Positions 8,679-19,640 of a stretch of 64,000 nt of DNA are shown piece after piece. The notes below the pieces were generated by a model, which had not been told where the DNA came from, did no database searches, and saw nothing but the letters and a program-made list of their open reading frames with translations. The translations under genes were made by a program, and so were the position numbers. Numbering within the stretch: position 1 is the first letter of the stretch; the number at the start of each line of letters is the position of its first letter. Origin of the DNA: Oceanispirochaeta sp. (GTDB taxonomy: Bacteria; Spirochaetota; Spirochaetia; DSM-2461); the NCBI GenBank assembly GCA_963666275.2, contig CAXXOA010000002.1:352001-416000 (forward strand), written 5' to 3'.

Positions 8679-9974
8679 CTACCTCAGCTCCATATGGTTG
8701 AGATAGTCTGCTCTTGTAATGATCCCCAGCAGAGAGGACCCATTGGTGACAGGGATATGTCCTACATTGTATTTAAGAAAAAACCTTTCCAGGTCTTTGA
8801 CACCGTCATCCTTGCTGCAGGAGTGAACTTTTCTTGTCATATAGGATTTAACAGGAGCATTCATCTGATCGGAACGGCGGGCCTTACTAATATCCCGTAG
8901 AGTCAGAAACCCGCAGACTTCATCCTTTTCCGTGAGAACCGGAGCTCCCGTATGACCGACTTTCTCCAGAAAGAGGGACGCCTCCAGAACAGTCCAGTGA
9001 TCCCGGACACTCAGCACATCGGCTGTCATCAGATCTTCGGCTTTGATGGCAGGGCGGAGGGATTCTTTCAGACTTGATATAAACTTTTCATAGATATCCT
9101 CTCCCCACTGGCCTTTCAGCTGAGCCGAAGCCGCCCGAGTGTGCCCGCCTCCCCCGAAAGGAGAGAGAATTTCGCTGACATTAATGGATTCTTTCTGACT
9201 CCTGGCGATGATAAGGGTTTTTCTGGCTTTCTGAAGCCCGAAAAGGATAAAAATGGCATCGGCGTTTTCCACTTCAAAAACTTTTTCCACAATCGGAGCC
9301 AGACCACTGACCTGCTCTTTCATTTCAAAATAGCTGAGAATGATCGAATGACCGTGAATCTTCTTGTATACCAGCCTGTTGACCACCTGATGGAACAGGG
9401 AAATCTGATACTCCTGCTTCAGAGGTTTCAGGAACTGGCTCACAAGCTTCATATTGGCCCCCTGGGAGATCAGCCAGGAAGAGGCTTCAAAATCCTCTTT
9501 CACGACATTTTCATGAGTGAAATTCCCTGTATCCGCAAAGATACCTGTCAGACCGATGGTGGCATCCACAGGATCGATCTGCCCCCCCCTCTCTTTTATG
9601 GTCAGCGCCACAAGAGTGGTATTCGACCCGTAGGAGGCGGAGACAAGATTCGCTCCGGGGATATCGGATGTATCATTGATATGATGATCGTAAATTGTAA
9701 AAGCCCCGCTGTACTGGGGAAAAAAATCCAGATACTCCCTTATCCTGGCCCGTGACCTTGTATCAAAGATGATGAACTCGCTGACATCCTGATCCTTCAG
9801 ATCCCGTGAAGAGGTAAAATTCAGGTGATTTTTATAGAGATTGTACAAAGACTGGGCTACAGGATGCACAAGACGGCTTTTGACGATCAGAGCATCCGGA
9901 TAAAGATACTTACCAAGGGCGAGGGACCCGAAACAGTCCAGGTCCATATTTGTATGACCAATAAGCACTTTCAT
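8679..9974 (-). CDS. DHH/DHHA1 phosphoesterase with C-terminal CBS pair
   Basis: HTNMDLDC, YDHH, DTGNF, GGGGHTRAAS, two CBS repeats. Confidence 0.88.
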   Translation of the reverse strand: MKVLIGHTNMDLDCFGSLALGKYLYPDALIVKSRLVHPVAQSLYNLYKNHLNFTSSRDLKDQDVSEFIIFDTRSRARIREYLDFFPQYSGAFTIYDHHINDTSDIPGANLVSASYGSNTTLVALTIKERGGQIDPVDATIGLTGIFADTGNFTHENVVKEDFEASSWLISQGANMKLVSQFLKPLKQEYQISLFHQVVNRLVYKKIHGHSIILSYFEMKEQVSGLAPIVEKVFEVENADAIFILFGLQKARKTLIIARSQKESINVSEILSPFGGGGHTRAASAQLKGQWGEDIYEKFISSLKESLRPAIKAEDLMTADVLSVRDHWTVLEASLFLEKVGHTGAPVLTEKDEVCGFLTLRDISKARRSDQMNAPVKSYMTRKVHSCSKDDGVKDLERFFLKYNVGHIPVTNGSSLLGIITRADYLNHMELR

Positions 9975-10061
9975 AGAAGCAACTTCAACATTTTAATAAT
10001 TCCAATTTTCATCTTTTAGAGATCGGTATCTAAATTATTAACGCAACATAACCAATTAATC

Positions 10062-10097
10062 AAAAAAAAACTGCTCCCCCGGGGAGGAACAGTTTTT
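10062..10097 (-). terminator. Intrinsic terminator after htpG
   Basis: GC hairpin flanked by A9 and T5. Confidence 0.65.
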
Positions 10098-10116
10098 CTG
10101 AGAATCGACAGACCCC

Positions 10117-11991
10117 TTACAGAGCCTTCTCCATAATACGATTCAGCCGCAGAGCAAAATCATGGGGATTTTTCAGGGAAGCCCCCTCAACCAGGATAGC
10201 CTGGTCCAGAAGAAGCCAGCTGATATCGTCTATGAGGTCCTTATCAGAACTCTCTTTCAGACGTCCCACAATGGCATGATCGGGATTCACTTCCAGAATC
10301 GGCTTGATTTCAGGAAGATCCGTCTGCCCCATAGCCTTGAGCATCTGCTGCATCTGAGCTGTAGGATCACTTTCGTCAGCCACAATACAGCTGGGGGATT
10401 CATGAAGTCTGCTGGATGCCACAACGTCTTTGACTGAGTCGCCCAGAGCCTCTTTGATCTTTTTCAGAAGAGGTTCAACAGATTTTTCCTTCTCCTTATC
10501 CTCTTCGGTCTTCAGATCCTCACTGCTGCCGCTTTTGTTGACAGCTTTCATCTCTTTCTCTTTGTAGGTTCCCATCATGGGCGCGACGATCTCATCAATC
10601 TCATCATCCATGATCAGAACTTCTATGCCTTTTTTCTTATAGGCTTCCAGAAGAGGTGAATTTCTCAGGGTCGTTTCATTGTCACCGGTGATGTAATAGA
10701 TCCCTTTCTGGTCATCCACCATACGGTCTACATATTCGCTCAGGCTGGTCCAGCCTTCTACACTAGTCGATTTAAACCGGACAAGCTCCATCAGCTCGTC
10801 TTTATTGGCATAGTCGGAGTAGACACCCTCTTTCAGAGGTCTGTTGTACTGTTCGATAAATTCCTTATACTCCTCCTCTTTCTGAGAAAGGGTCTTCAGT
10901 TCACTCAGGATCTTCTTCACAGAAGCATTTTTGATATTTGTCAGAACCTTGTTCTTCTGCAGAATTTCACGGCTCACATTCAGGGGAAGGTCTTCAGAAT
11001 CGATAACACCCCGGATAAACCTGAGATAGGTGGGGAGAAGCTCTTTATCGTCATCAGTGATAAAAACTCTTCTCACATAAAGTTTCACACCCGGTTTATA
11101 GTCAGCCTGATACATATCAAAGGGTGCTTTTTTAGGAATAAAGAAGAGAGTATTGTATTCGAGGGTTCCTTCCGCTCTTGTATGGATCTTGAGAAGAGGA
11201 TCTTCCATGTCATTGGATATGGACTTGTAGAATTCGCTGTACTCTTCGTCTTTCACTTCCCGGGGGGACCGTTTCCATAGGGCCGATGCAGCATTGATCT
11301 GCTCAATTTTGTCTTCTTTGATCTCTTTCCTGTCATCGCCCTCTCCCTCGTAGCGGGAGGAGGTATAGTGGAGGTGAATGGGGAAGGCAATGTGATTGGA
11401 GTATTTCTTTATTATCTGTTCCAGATCCCATTTATTGGCATACTCTTTTCCCGCATCATTCAGGTGGAGAACCACAGTGGTACCGCAACCTTCTGACCTT
11501 TCCGCTTCGTCCAGAGAGTAGCTTTCACGACCGTCGCTGCTCCATTTCCAGGCCTGATCTTCTCCGGCTTTTCTTGTGATGACATCCACATGATCGGCCA
11601 CCATGAAAATGGAATAGAAACCGACACCGAACTGACCGATAAGATTGGAATCTTTCTGGGCATCTCCGGAAAGCTTGCTCATAAAGTTCTTGGTTCCTGA
11701 GCGGGCAATTGTTCCCAGAGAATCATTAAGATCGGCATCATTCATACCGATTCCGTTGTCTTTAATGACAATCGTCTCTTTTTTATCACCCTCCAGGACA
11801 ATATCAATCCGGGGGCTCCATTCCATATCCTTGAATTTTTCATCTGTCAGGGTTAGATACTTCAACTTATCCAGAGCATCCGATGAGTTGGATATGAGCT
11901 CTCTCAGAAAGATTTCGCTATGGGAATATAAGGAGTGAATCAAAAGATCCAGGAGTTGATTCACTTCGGTTTTGAACTTTTTTTTAGACAC
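10117..11991 (-). CDS. htpG: Chaperone HtpG (Hsp90)
   Basis: FLRELISNSSDA, DNGIGM, IGQFGVGFYS, LPLNVSREILQ; GTG start after AGGAG. Confidence 0.98.
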   Translation of the reverse strand: MSKKKFKTEVNQLLDLLIHSLYSHSEIFLRELISNSSDALDKLKYLTLTDEKFKDMEWSPRIDIVLEGDKKETIVIKDNGIGMNDADLNDSLGTIARSGTKNFMSKLSGDAQKDSNLIGQFGVGFYSIFMVADHVDVITRKAGEDQAWKWSSDGRESYSLDEAERSEGCGTTVVLHLNDAGKEYANKWDLEQIIKKYSNHIAFPIHLHYTSSRYEGEGDDRKEIKEDKIEQINAASALWKRSPREVKDEEYSEFYKSISNDMEDPLLKIHTRAEGTLEYNTLFFIPKKAPFDMYQADYKPGVKLYVRRVFITDDDKELLPTYLRFIRGVIDSEDLPLNVSREILQKNKVLTNIKNASVKKILSELKTLSQKEEEYKEFIEQYNRPLKEGVYSDYANKDELMELVRFKSTSVEGWTSLSEYVDRMVDDQKGIYYITGDNETTLRNSPLLEAYKKKGIEVLIMDDEIDEIVAPMMGTYKEKEMKAVNKSGSSEDLKTEEDKEKEKSVEPLLKKIKEALGDSVKDVVASSRLHESPSCIVADESDPTAQMQQMLKAMGQTDLPEIKPILEVNPDHAIVGRLKESSDKDLIDDISWLLLDQAILVEGASLKNPHDFALRLNRIMEKAL

Positions 11992-12222
11992 CTGAGAATC
12001 TCCTTGTTAACAGTGGAATTTTGTGACTATAAAATAATAAGAATCATAAAAAGGGACAACGAAAAAATTCGATTTTTAACTTTCATGTAAAAAAGCCCGA
12101 TTATTCCTCTAAATACAGGAAATACTGACAGTTATGGTTTATGATTAATGAGGAATCACTTTCATTCCTGCTGGGGAAGAAATCCTGCCCGTAAGGGATA
12201 ATCAGTTTACAGGGGCAATTGA

Positions 12223-13740
12223 TTATTCCGCTAACGTGATCGCTTTCCAGACTTTATTGTCGAAAAAGGCATCCACTTCCAAGGGCGGAAGATCTTCCCC
12301 TCTCATTTTCATGATAATTGATTTAGCCTTCTCAAAATCCAGAGCACTCCGGTAGGGACGGTCTGTTGTGAGAGCATCCCAGACATCACAGACCGACAGG
12401 ATTCTGGCAATCCGGGGAATACTGTCTTTTTCAAGTCCCTCGGGATATCCCTTACCGTTGAATTTCTCATGATGGTAGTACGCAGCCAGGATCACCTGAT
12501 CAAGATTGAGAAGACCGTCGAGGATTTCAATCCCCTGAACAGGGTGTTTTTTCATGACCCTGTACTCATCATCATTCAGAGGCCCATCCTTGTGAAGGAC
12601 ATCCTCGGGTACACCTATCTTTCCTATATCGTGAAGCTCTCCAGCCAGAAAGACAATTTCCTGCTCTTTTTTCTTCATTCCCAGCGCGGCAGCCAGGGCT
12701 TTCCCGTAAACTGCCACATGGACAGAGTGCTCCCTTGTGTAGGAGTCCCGTTCATCAAGAGCTCTGGCAAGAGTTTTCAGCACACCGGAAAATTCAAGAT
12801 TGTATTTTCTGATAACCCAGCTGATAAAGAGATTCATAAATGACATGGCGGCAAAGAATATCAGGGAGATATAGAGAGACTGCCTGTGAACCTGCCTTAC
12901 CGGCTCCGAATTGTCCACAAAAAAGAGGGCGCTCCCGGACTCCTCCATAAGGATTTCATCCTGTCTGATTTCTGAGATTCTCTCTTCTCTGTTTATATAG
13001 GTTGTATCTTCCATCTGAAAATAGAGAAGATCCTCATGTTCCTGAATAAATAGTCTGATTTTCTCCGGCCCGGGAGATGTGGCGGCCAGAACCTGGGCCT
13101 GAATGAAATCCGGAGAAACGGGAACTGTCTGCAGAATGCCCAGTCCGGAAATCATTATGTAGAGGAAAAGAAAGCTAATCATGGTACCATAGGAAATGAT
13201 TGTCTCAATTTTTTCCCAGATCTGAACCCTCTCCTTTCCCGTGAGCCTTTTGACAATACTCTGAGTCATCAGGCGGTCACCCCGATCCGTCGAAGCCCCT
13301 GTAAAAACGGCAATGAGAGCGGAAAGATGATCCGAAAGGAAGACCCTCAGGATCCTCATCATCCTTCCCAGCCGGGACACCAGGCGGATAAGGCGCATCA
13401 GCCTCATGGGAATGAGGGGAAACAGGGTATCCATATGAAGAAACAGGCCGTTTACAAACCAGTTCATATCCAGAAGCATTGTCAGATTGGCTGCAAGGAA
13501 AACCCAGAAGGTGAGCCTTTTATACCAGTCCCGATAGGCGATGGCGGTCAGAATCAGCTCCGACATGAGGAACAGAAAAGCCAGGGACATAAGAATTTCA
13601 AGTACCGGATCCGATGCAGGACTCAACCAGCCCTTGATGATATCTGTGAGGAAAACTGAGACAAGGACAAAAATGATAAGGATAGAACGGTATAGAGAAG
13701 AATCGAGAATTTTACGGCAAAAAAGAGAGACTCTCTTCAT
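12223..13740 (-). CDS. HD-GYP phosphodiesterase with N-terminal ion-transport/voltage-sensor-like membrane domain
   Basis: ERDSYTREHS, HDIGK, HHEKFNGKGYP, DVWDALTTDRPYR; about six hydrophobic segments including RLMRLIRLVSRLGRMMRILR. Confidence 0.85.
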   Translation of the reverse strand: MKRVSLFCRKILDSSLYRSILIIFVLVSVFLTDIIKGWLSPASDPVLEILMSLAFLFLMSELILTAIAYRDWYKRLTFWVFLAANLTMLLDMNWFVNGLFLHMDTLFPLIPMRLMRLIRLVSRLGRMMRILRVFLSDHLSALIAVFTGASTDRGDRLMTQSIVKRLTGKERVQIWEKIETIISYGTMISFLFLYIMISGLGILQTVPVSPDFIQAQVLAATSPGPEKIRLFIQEHEDLLYFQMEDTTYINREERISEIRQDEILMEESGSALFFVDNSEPVRQVHRQSLYISLIFFAAMSFMNLFISWVIRKYNLEFSGVLKTLARALDERDSYTREHSVHVAVYGKALAAALGMKKKEQEIVFLAGELHDIGKIGVPEDVLHKDGPLNDDEYRVMKKHPVQGIEILDGLLNLDQVILAAYYHHEKFNGKGYPEGLEKDSIPRIARILSVCDVWDALTTDRPYRSALDFEKAKSIIMKMRGEDLPPLEVDAFFDNKVWKAITLAE

Positions 13741-13876
13741 GATTTATAATTCTTGCTTCCCGCCAAATAGCTGTCAAGTGAAAATAAATCTTGAAATAAA
13801 CAGATAATTAAGAAATAATCTTTTCTATGGATGACTCAGACCCTTTTTTATACCTTTTATCTCGGAAAAATAGCAG

Positions 13877-15121
13877 ATGACCTTTGAAATTCTCCTGTTA
13901 TTTCTCCTTTTCTCCCTTTCAGCAATTTTTTCAGCAACAGAAACTGCCTTTACCTCACTATCAACTCTTCAGATCCACAATATCATGGAAAAAGGCGGGA
14001 GAAGAGGCAGGGAAGTAAACAAACTGGCACGAAAGCCGGATGTCCTTCTCACCACGCTCCTTATCGGGAACAACCTGGCGAACATAGGTGCCACAGCCCT
14101 TGTCACCTCTCTGACGATCCGTCTTTTCGGCTCACAGACAGTGGCGGTAATGACGGGCCTGCTGACCCTGTTTGTTCTTATCTTCGGAGAAGTCACTCCC
14201 AAACAGATTGCTCTGGCAAAAAATGAAGCCATCTGTCTCAACATGGCCTATCCAATTTACTGGCTCTCCACAGTATTCCGCCCTTTCATCTGGATCATTT
14301 CCACGATCAGCTCTGTCATAACCAGGCTCTTTTCAGGAAAGGAACAGAAAACCCTGACCATTGAAAACCTCCTGCAGATGGTGAGGATCGGTGAAAACAT
14401 TGGTATCGTAGAAACCTATGAAAAAGAGATGGTGCAGAATGTTTTCAGGATAAACAATACTCCCGTCAAAGGGATCACCACCTACAGAACCAATGTTTTC
14501 TGCCTGGATAAGGAATCCTATATTGAAGATGTTCTGGATGAAATCATGGATCACGGATTTTCGAGGATACCCGTTTACGAGGAAAATTCCGAGCACATAG
14601 TTGGGATCGTCCTTATGCATGACATAATGAGAGCCATTTCCTCTGGAGAAAAAGCCTTCAAACTGAAAGAAAAAATGGTGGAACCTCTCTTCATACCCGA
14701 AACAAGGATGGTCCACGACCTGTTCCTCTACTTTAAAAAAGAAAAACTAAATATGGCTGTCGTCCTGGATGAATACGGGGGATTAACCGGTATTGTTACA
14801 AAGGAAGATGTCATAGAGGAAATCTTCGGCGAACTCTACGATGAGAATGAAGAGAAAGAGGCGGACAAGATCATTTCCCGGGGAGTCCGGGAGTGGCTGA
14901 TACAGGGTGACAGCTCCTTCTATCTGATTCAGGACAAGCTTGGCATCAACCTGGAGCACGATCAGAGAACCCTCACAGTAGGAGGTTACCTGATTGAAAA
15001 GCTCGGAGAAATACCTGAAGAGGGTACCACATTGAAAATGCCCGAAGGGACCTATGTGATAGGAAAGGTCAGTCAGAACAGAATTGAAGAAGTGGTATTC
15101 CGTCAGTCAGAAGAGAGTTAG
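13877..15121 (+). CDS. Hemolysin/CNNM family protein (DUF21-CBS-CorC)
   Basis: FSATETAF, LIGNNLANI, FGEVTPK, FSRIPV, DEYGG...EDVIEEIFGE. Confidence 0.92.
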   Translation: MTFEILLLFLLFSLSAIFSATETAFTSLSTLQIHNIMEKGGRRGREVNKLARKPDVLLTTLLIGNNLANIGATALVTSLTIRLFGSQTVAVMTGLLTLFVLIFGEVTPKQIALAKNEAICLNMAYPIYWLSTVFRPFIWIISTISSVITRLFSGKEQKTLTIENLLQMVRIGENIGIVETYEKEMVQNVFRINNTPVKGITTYRTNVFCLDKESYIEDVLDEIMDHGFSRIPVYEENSEHIVGIVLMHDIMRAISSGEKAFKLKEKMVEPLFIPETRMVHDLFLYFKKEKLNMAVVLDEYGGLTGIVTKEDVIEEIFGELYDENEEKEADKIISRGVREWLIQGDSSFYLIQDKLGINLEHDQRTLTVGGYLIEKLGEIPEEGTTLKMPEGTYVIGKVSQNRIEEVVFRQSEES

Positions 15122-16306
15122 CTGTCTCGAATCCTCCGGCCGCTGAACCCCGGCAACGGTTCGGCCTCCGTATTGATGGGAGACCCGCCTTTCATAGGCC
15201 ATCACTTTTTCGGGATCAGCTTCCACCTTTTCCATCTTTTCGATGTACAGCTGAAGCTGATGGAGTTTTTTCAGCCCCATCCGTTTCTCATCCCTGGGAA
15301 GAGAACTTTTCTGAACAGTCCCCGACAGGGTCTGAATGGTCCTGTCGTAAACCTTGAGTGGAACAGGAAAAGGATGCCCGTCCTTTCCTCCGTGGGCAAA
15401 AGAGAACCTTGCGGGATCTTCAAACCGGGCTGGTTCACCGTAGATGACTTCACTGACCAGGGCCAGGGACTGTAGGGTTCTCGGCCCCAGACCTTCCACA
15501 AGAAGGAGTTCGGAAAAGGTTTTTACTCCCCGTTCAGAAGCGACTGCCAGGACGGCGCCCAATCGCTTCGGATCCACATCTTCGTTTCTGACATTGTGCC
15601 GTGAAGGCATGAGCAGATGCCGCAGCTCCCTGGTCTGCTCCCCCGAAGTGCGGCCTGAAAAATCCAGAATGGCATCCCGGGCTTTCTCGGCTCTGGTTTC
15701 ACTCAGATTCACGAGCATTCCCTGATTGATTCCCGAGATTCCCGAGTGGGGATTCCGGACAAAAGACTTCACTCCCGGAGAGTGCCAGTGATACCGCCTT
15801 GCCATTCCGGCTCTGTCGTTCATCCCCTGCTGAACCACGGCCCACTCCCCCTCTCTGGTGAGGATAAAGTTATGAAGGTATATCTGGAAACCATCCTGAA
15901 TACAGGTATTATCCACTTTTGCACTCAGCCGGGAAGCCGCGACAAGATCCTCACCGTTCAAGCCCTCTTTTCCTGAAATACTCCGGATCTCATCCGGAGT
16001 CATCCGGGAGTACCGGCCTCTGCCGCCGCAGATATAGATTCCCAGCTCCCGGGAGAGAGGATTGATTCCCTTTTTCAGGGCTCCCATGACACTGGTTGTG
16101 ATTCCCGAAGAGTGCCAGTCCATCCCCATGACACAACCAAGGGCCTGAAACCAGAAGGGATCGCTCAGCCGGCTTAAAAAAGCGGAGGGCCCCTGTTCTT
16201 CCACCATAATTCTTACGATTTCTCTCCCCAGAAGGGCCATCCTTTCAGAAAGCCACCGGGGGACCCTGCCGTAATGAAGAGGCAGGTCTGCTGTTCCGCT
16301 TTTCAT
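15107..16306 (-). CDS. DUF763 family protein
   Basis: ADLPLHYG, DPFWFQ, DWHSSG, FAHGGKDGHPFPV. Confidence 0.85.
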   Translation of the reverse strand: MKSGTADLPLHYGRVPRWLSERMALLGREIVRIMVEEQGPSAFLSRLSDPFWFQALGCVMGMDWHSSGITTSVMGALKKGINPLSRELGIYICGGRGRYSRMTPDEIRSISGKEGLNGEDLVAASRLSAKVDNTCIQDGFQIYLHNFILTREGEWAVVQQGMNDRAGMARRYHWHSPGVKSFVRNPHSGISGINQGMLVNLSETRAEKARDAILDFSGRTSGEQTRELRHLLMPSRHNVRNEDVDPKRLGAVLAVASERGVKTFSELLLVEGLGPRTLQSLALVSEVIYGEPARFEDPARFSFAHGGKDGHPFPVPLKVYDRTIQTLSGTVQKSSLPRDEKRMGLKKLHQLQLYIEKMEKVEADPEKVMAYERRVSHQYGGRTVAGVQRPEDSRQLTLF

Positions 16307-16365
16307 CTGAACCTCATGATCCCATTATAAACCAACACAGGAAAAAGGCAAACAAATGTATAGAT

Positions 16366-16393
16366 AAAAAAAGGCTCCCGCAATTCGGGAGCC
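16366..16393 (-). terminator. Intrinsic terminator after nifU
   Basis: GGCTCCCG/CGGGAGCC stem then T7 on the minus strand. Confidence 0.75.
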
Positions 16394-16416
16394 CCTTGTT
16401 TTCCATCTGTGTTCTA

Positions 16417-17376
16417 TCAGCTGACAAGGACACGGATCGAATCGGAAATCTTCTCTCTCAGGCCATTCTCAATAAAATTGAGGGTTCCCGTCAGAGCGCT
16501 GCCGCAGCTCATACAGGCTCCCTGATAGGAAATATTGACCTTGGTCACACCCTCTTCATCCAGAATATCCAGGATTTCCACATCTCCCCCGTCTTTATGG
16601 AGGAGCGGTCTGATTTCGCCTTCAAAATAGGACTCGATGACTTTCATTTTCTGGAATGTCGAGCGCTCTTCAAAGGGTTTCTCCTTCTTGGCAGCAGCTT
16701 CCATTTCCATCTGGGCTCTGGTTTCCTTGAGGATGTCAACGAGATAGTACTTTTTCATCTCATGACCGCCGGGCTTCACACAGGATTTACAAAAAGCTCC
16801 GGCTTTGGTATAAGCAGTGATCTCTTCCACGGTTTTCAGATTATTGATCCGGATAACCTCCTGAATTGTCTTCAAGGTAACTCTGGCACACTCACAGACC
16901 ATTTCATCATCATCGAGGATCCCTTTCTCTACCCCCTTGTACAGAGCGGCAGCCTGTTTGATCACATCGTATGCCATAACGCTGCAGTGCATTTTCTGGG
17001 GGGGAACTGCCGGAATATCCGGTGTATCCCTTAAGGCCTCTTCCACATCCAGATTGGTAATCTCAATGGCTTCGTCCACGGTCTTACCCAGACAGAGTTC
17101 CACCATCATATCGCTGGAAGCAATGGCGGTACCGCAACCGAAACTTTTGAAAGATGCCTTAACAATTTTTTCGGAATCTTTATCAACAGCCCAATAGAGA
17201 CGGACAGCATCACCGCAGGACTCGGCGCCCCAGTCGGCAACGACCAGTTTGGCATTCATGGCCTCAGCGTCCTTTTCAGTAATTTCCCCCAGATACCGGG
17301 GATGATTCATTCTATCGGCGACTTTATCCGAATAGTTGTCCCAGAGCGATCCGCCCAGTAAATCATTCTTTGCCAT
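16417..17376 (-). CDS. nifU: Three-domain Fe-S scaffold NifU
   Basis: SCGDA, FGCGTA and KMHCS (U domain); CECARV...CKSC (BFD-like); DGGD..GACMSC (Nfu). Confidence 0.92.
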   Translation of the reverse strand: MAKNDLLGGSLWDNYSDKVADRMNHPRYLGEITEKDAEAMNAKLVVADWGAESCGDAVRLYWAVDKDSEKIVKASFKSFGCGTAIASSDMMVELCLGKTVDEAIEITNLDVEEALRDTPDIPAVPPQKMHCSVMAYDVIKQAAALYKGVEKGILDDDEMVCECARVTLKTIQEVIRINNLKTVEEITAYTKAGAFCKSCVKPGGHEMKKYYLVDILKETRAQMEMEAAAKKEKPFEERSTFQKMKVIESYFEGEIRPLLHKDGGDVEILDILDEEGVTKVNISYQGACMSCGSALTGTLNFIENGLREKISDSIRVLVS

Positions 17377-18558
<1,182 letters not shown>

Positions 18559-18707
18559 TCAGTCTCCTGTTTCAACTAATATACCTAATTTTTTCTATGA
18601 AGAAAATACCATGCTTCCTAATTACTACCAATTCTGTAACCTTTTTATTCATGAAAAACTTGTCTCTTGCACAATCCATGGTTATATTTTAGAAAAAAAG
18701 ATAACAT

Positions 18708-19592
18708 ATGAAAACAGAAATAACAGTCAGAGAAAAAACACTGGGCATGGAAGACCAGAGCGTTCTGGTACCTCTTTTAAGATCTATTGAGATTCCTCTT
18801 TCGGAATACTGCTTTGCGAATCTCTATTTTTTCAGAAATACCCATCAGTACCGGGTCATTTCAGACGGCAGCGATACATTCCTTGCCGGAGTGAGTTACG
18901 ACAGGAAAAGATATCTTATGCCGCTAATGGATCTGGAGAAAAATCCTGAATATCTGGAAAAACTGGTCCGTATGGGCAAAGATGACGGATATGACATGAT
19001 CTTTCCGGTTCCCGAAGCCTGGGTCCCTCTTTTTGAAGGGCATGATACGGTATCGGATTTTCTGGAACAGGATTCAGACTATCTGTACACCTCGGAAAAA
19101 ATGCAGACCTATCCGGGCAGAAAGCTCCATAAGAAACGGAACCTTCTGAAGCAGTTCAAGGAGAACTACCAAGCCTGTCTTAAACCTCTTTCAGAAGAGA
19201 ATGTGCATGAACCGCTGGAACTTCTGGATATATGGCAGGCCGCCTCCACCCAGGAGATGTGCGATTCCGACTACTACCAGTGCCGGGATACTCTGGTTCA
19301 CAGGGATTCCTTCAACCTGAAGGGAGCAGTTTTCTATGCCGATGAAAATCCCGTTGGATTTATGATCGGAGAAGCTGTCAGTCCGGAAGTATTCACCATT
19401 CACTTTGCCAAAGGGGATGTTTCCGCCAAAGGTGTGTATCAGTATATGTTCAACAGCTTTGCCGGAGAGTTCTGCAGAGACTACAGCATGATCAACCTGG
19501 AACAGGATCTCGGCATTGAAGGCCTGAGGAGAACCAAAAGGTCCTATCTACCCGATCAGATGGCCCATAAGTATCGAATCCATCTCAAATAA
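18708..19592 (+). CDS. Stand-alone DUF2156 (aminoacyl-tRNA transferase-like) protein
   Basis: SEYCFANLY, DYLY...GRKLHKKRN, IHFAKG, INLEQDLGIEGLRRTKRSY. Confidence 0.85.
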   Translation: MKTEITVREKTLGMEDQSVLVPLLRSIEIPLSEYCFANLYFFRNTHQYRVISDGSDTFLAGVSYDRKRYLMPLMDLEKNPEYLEKLVRMGKDDGYDMIFPVPEAWVPLFEGHDTVSDFLEQDSDYLYTSEKMQTYPGRKLHKKRNLLKQFKENYQACLKPLSEENVHEPLELLDIWQAASTQEMCDSDYYQCRDTLVHRDSFNLKGAVFYADENPVGFMIGEAVSPEVFTIHFAKGDVSAKGVYQYMFNSFAGEFCRDYSMINLEQDLGIEGLRRTKRSYLPDQMAHKYRIHLK

Positions 19593-19640
19593 CATAACAA
19601 ATCATTGATTCGAGTCCCTCTGTAATGGTAAAGTCTGGCT

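Noticed and set aside
19609..19620. TTCGAGTCCCTC, resembling a tRNA T-loop or att remnant before aspS
   Set aside because: Too short, no cloverleaf, and it sits in the spacer of a putative promoter
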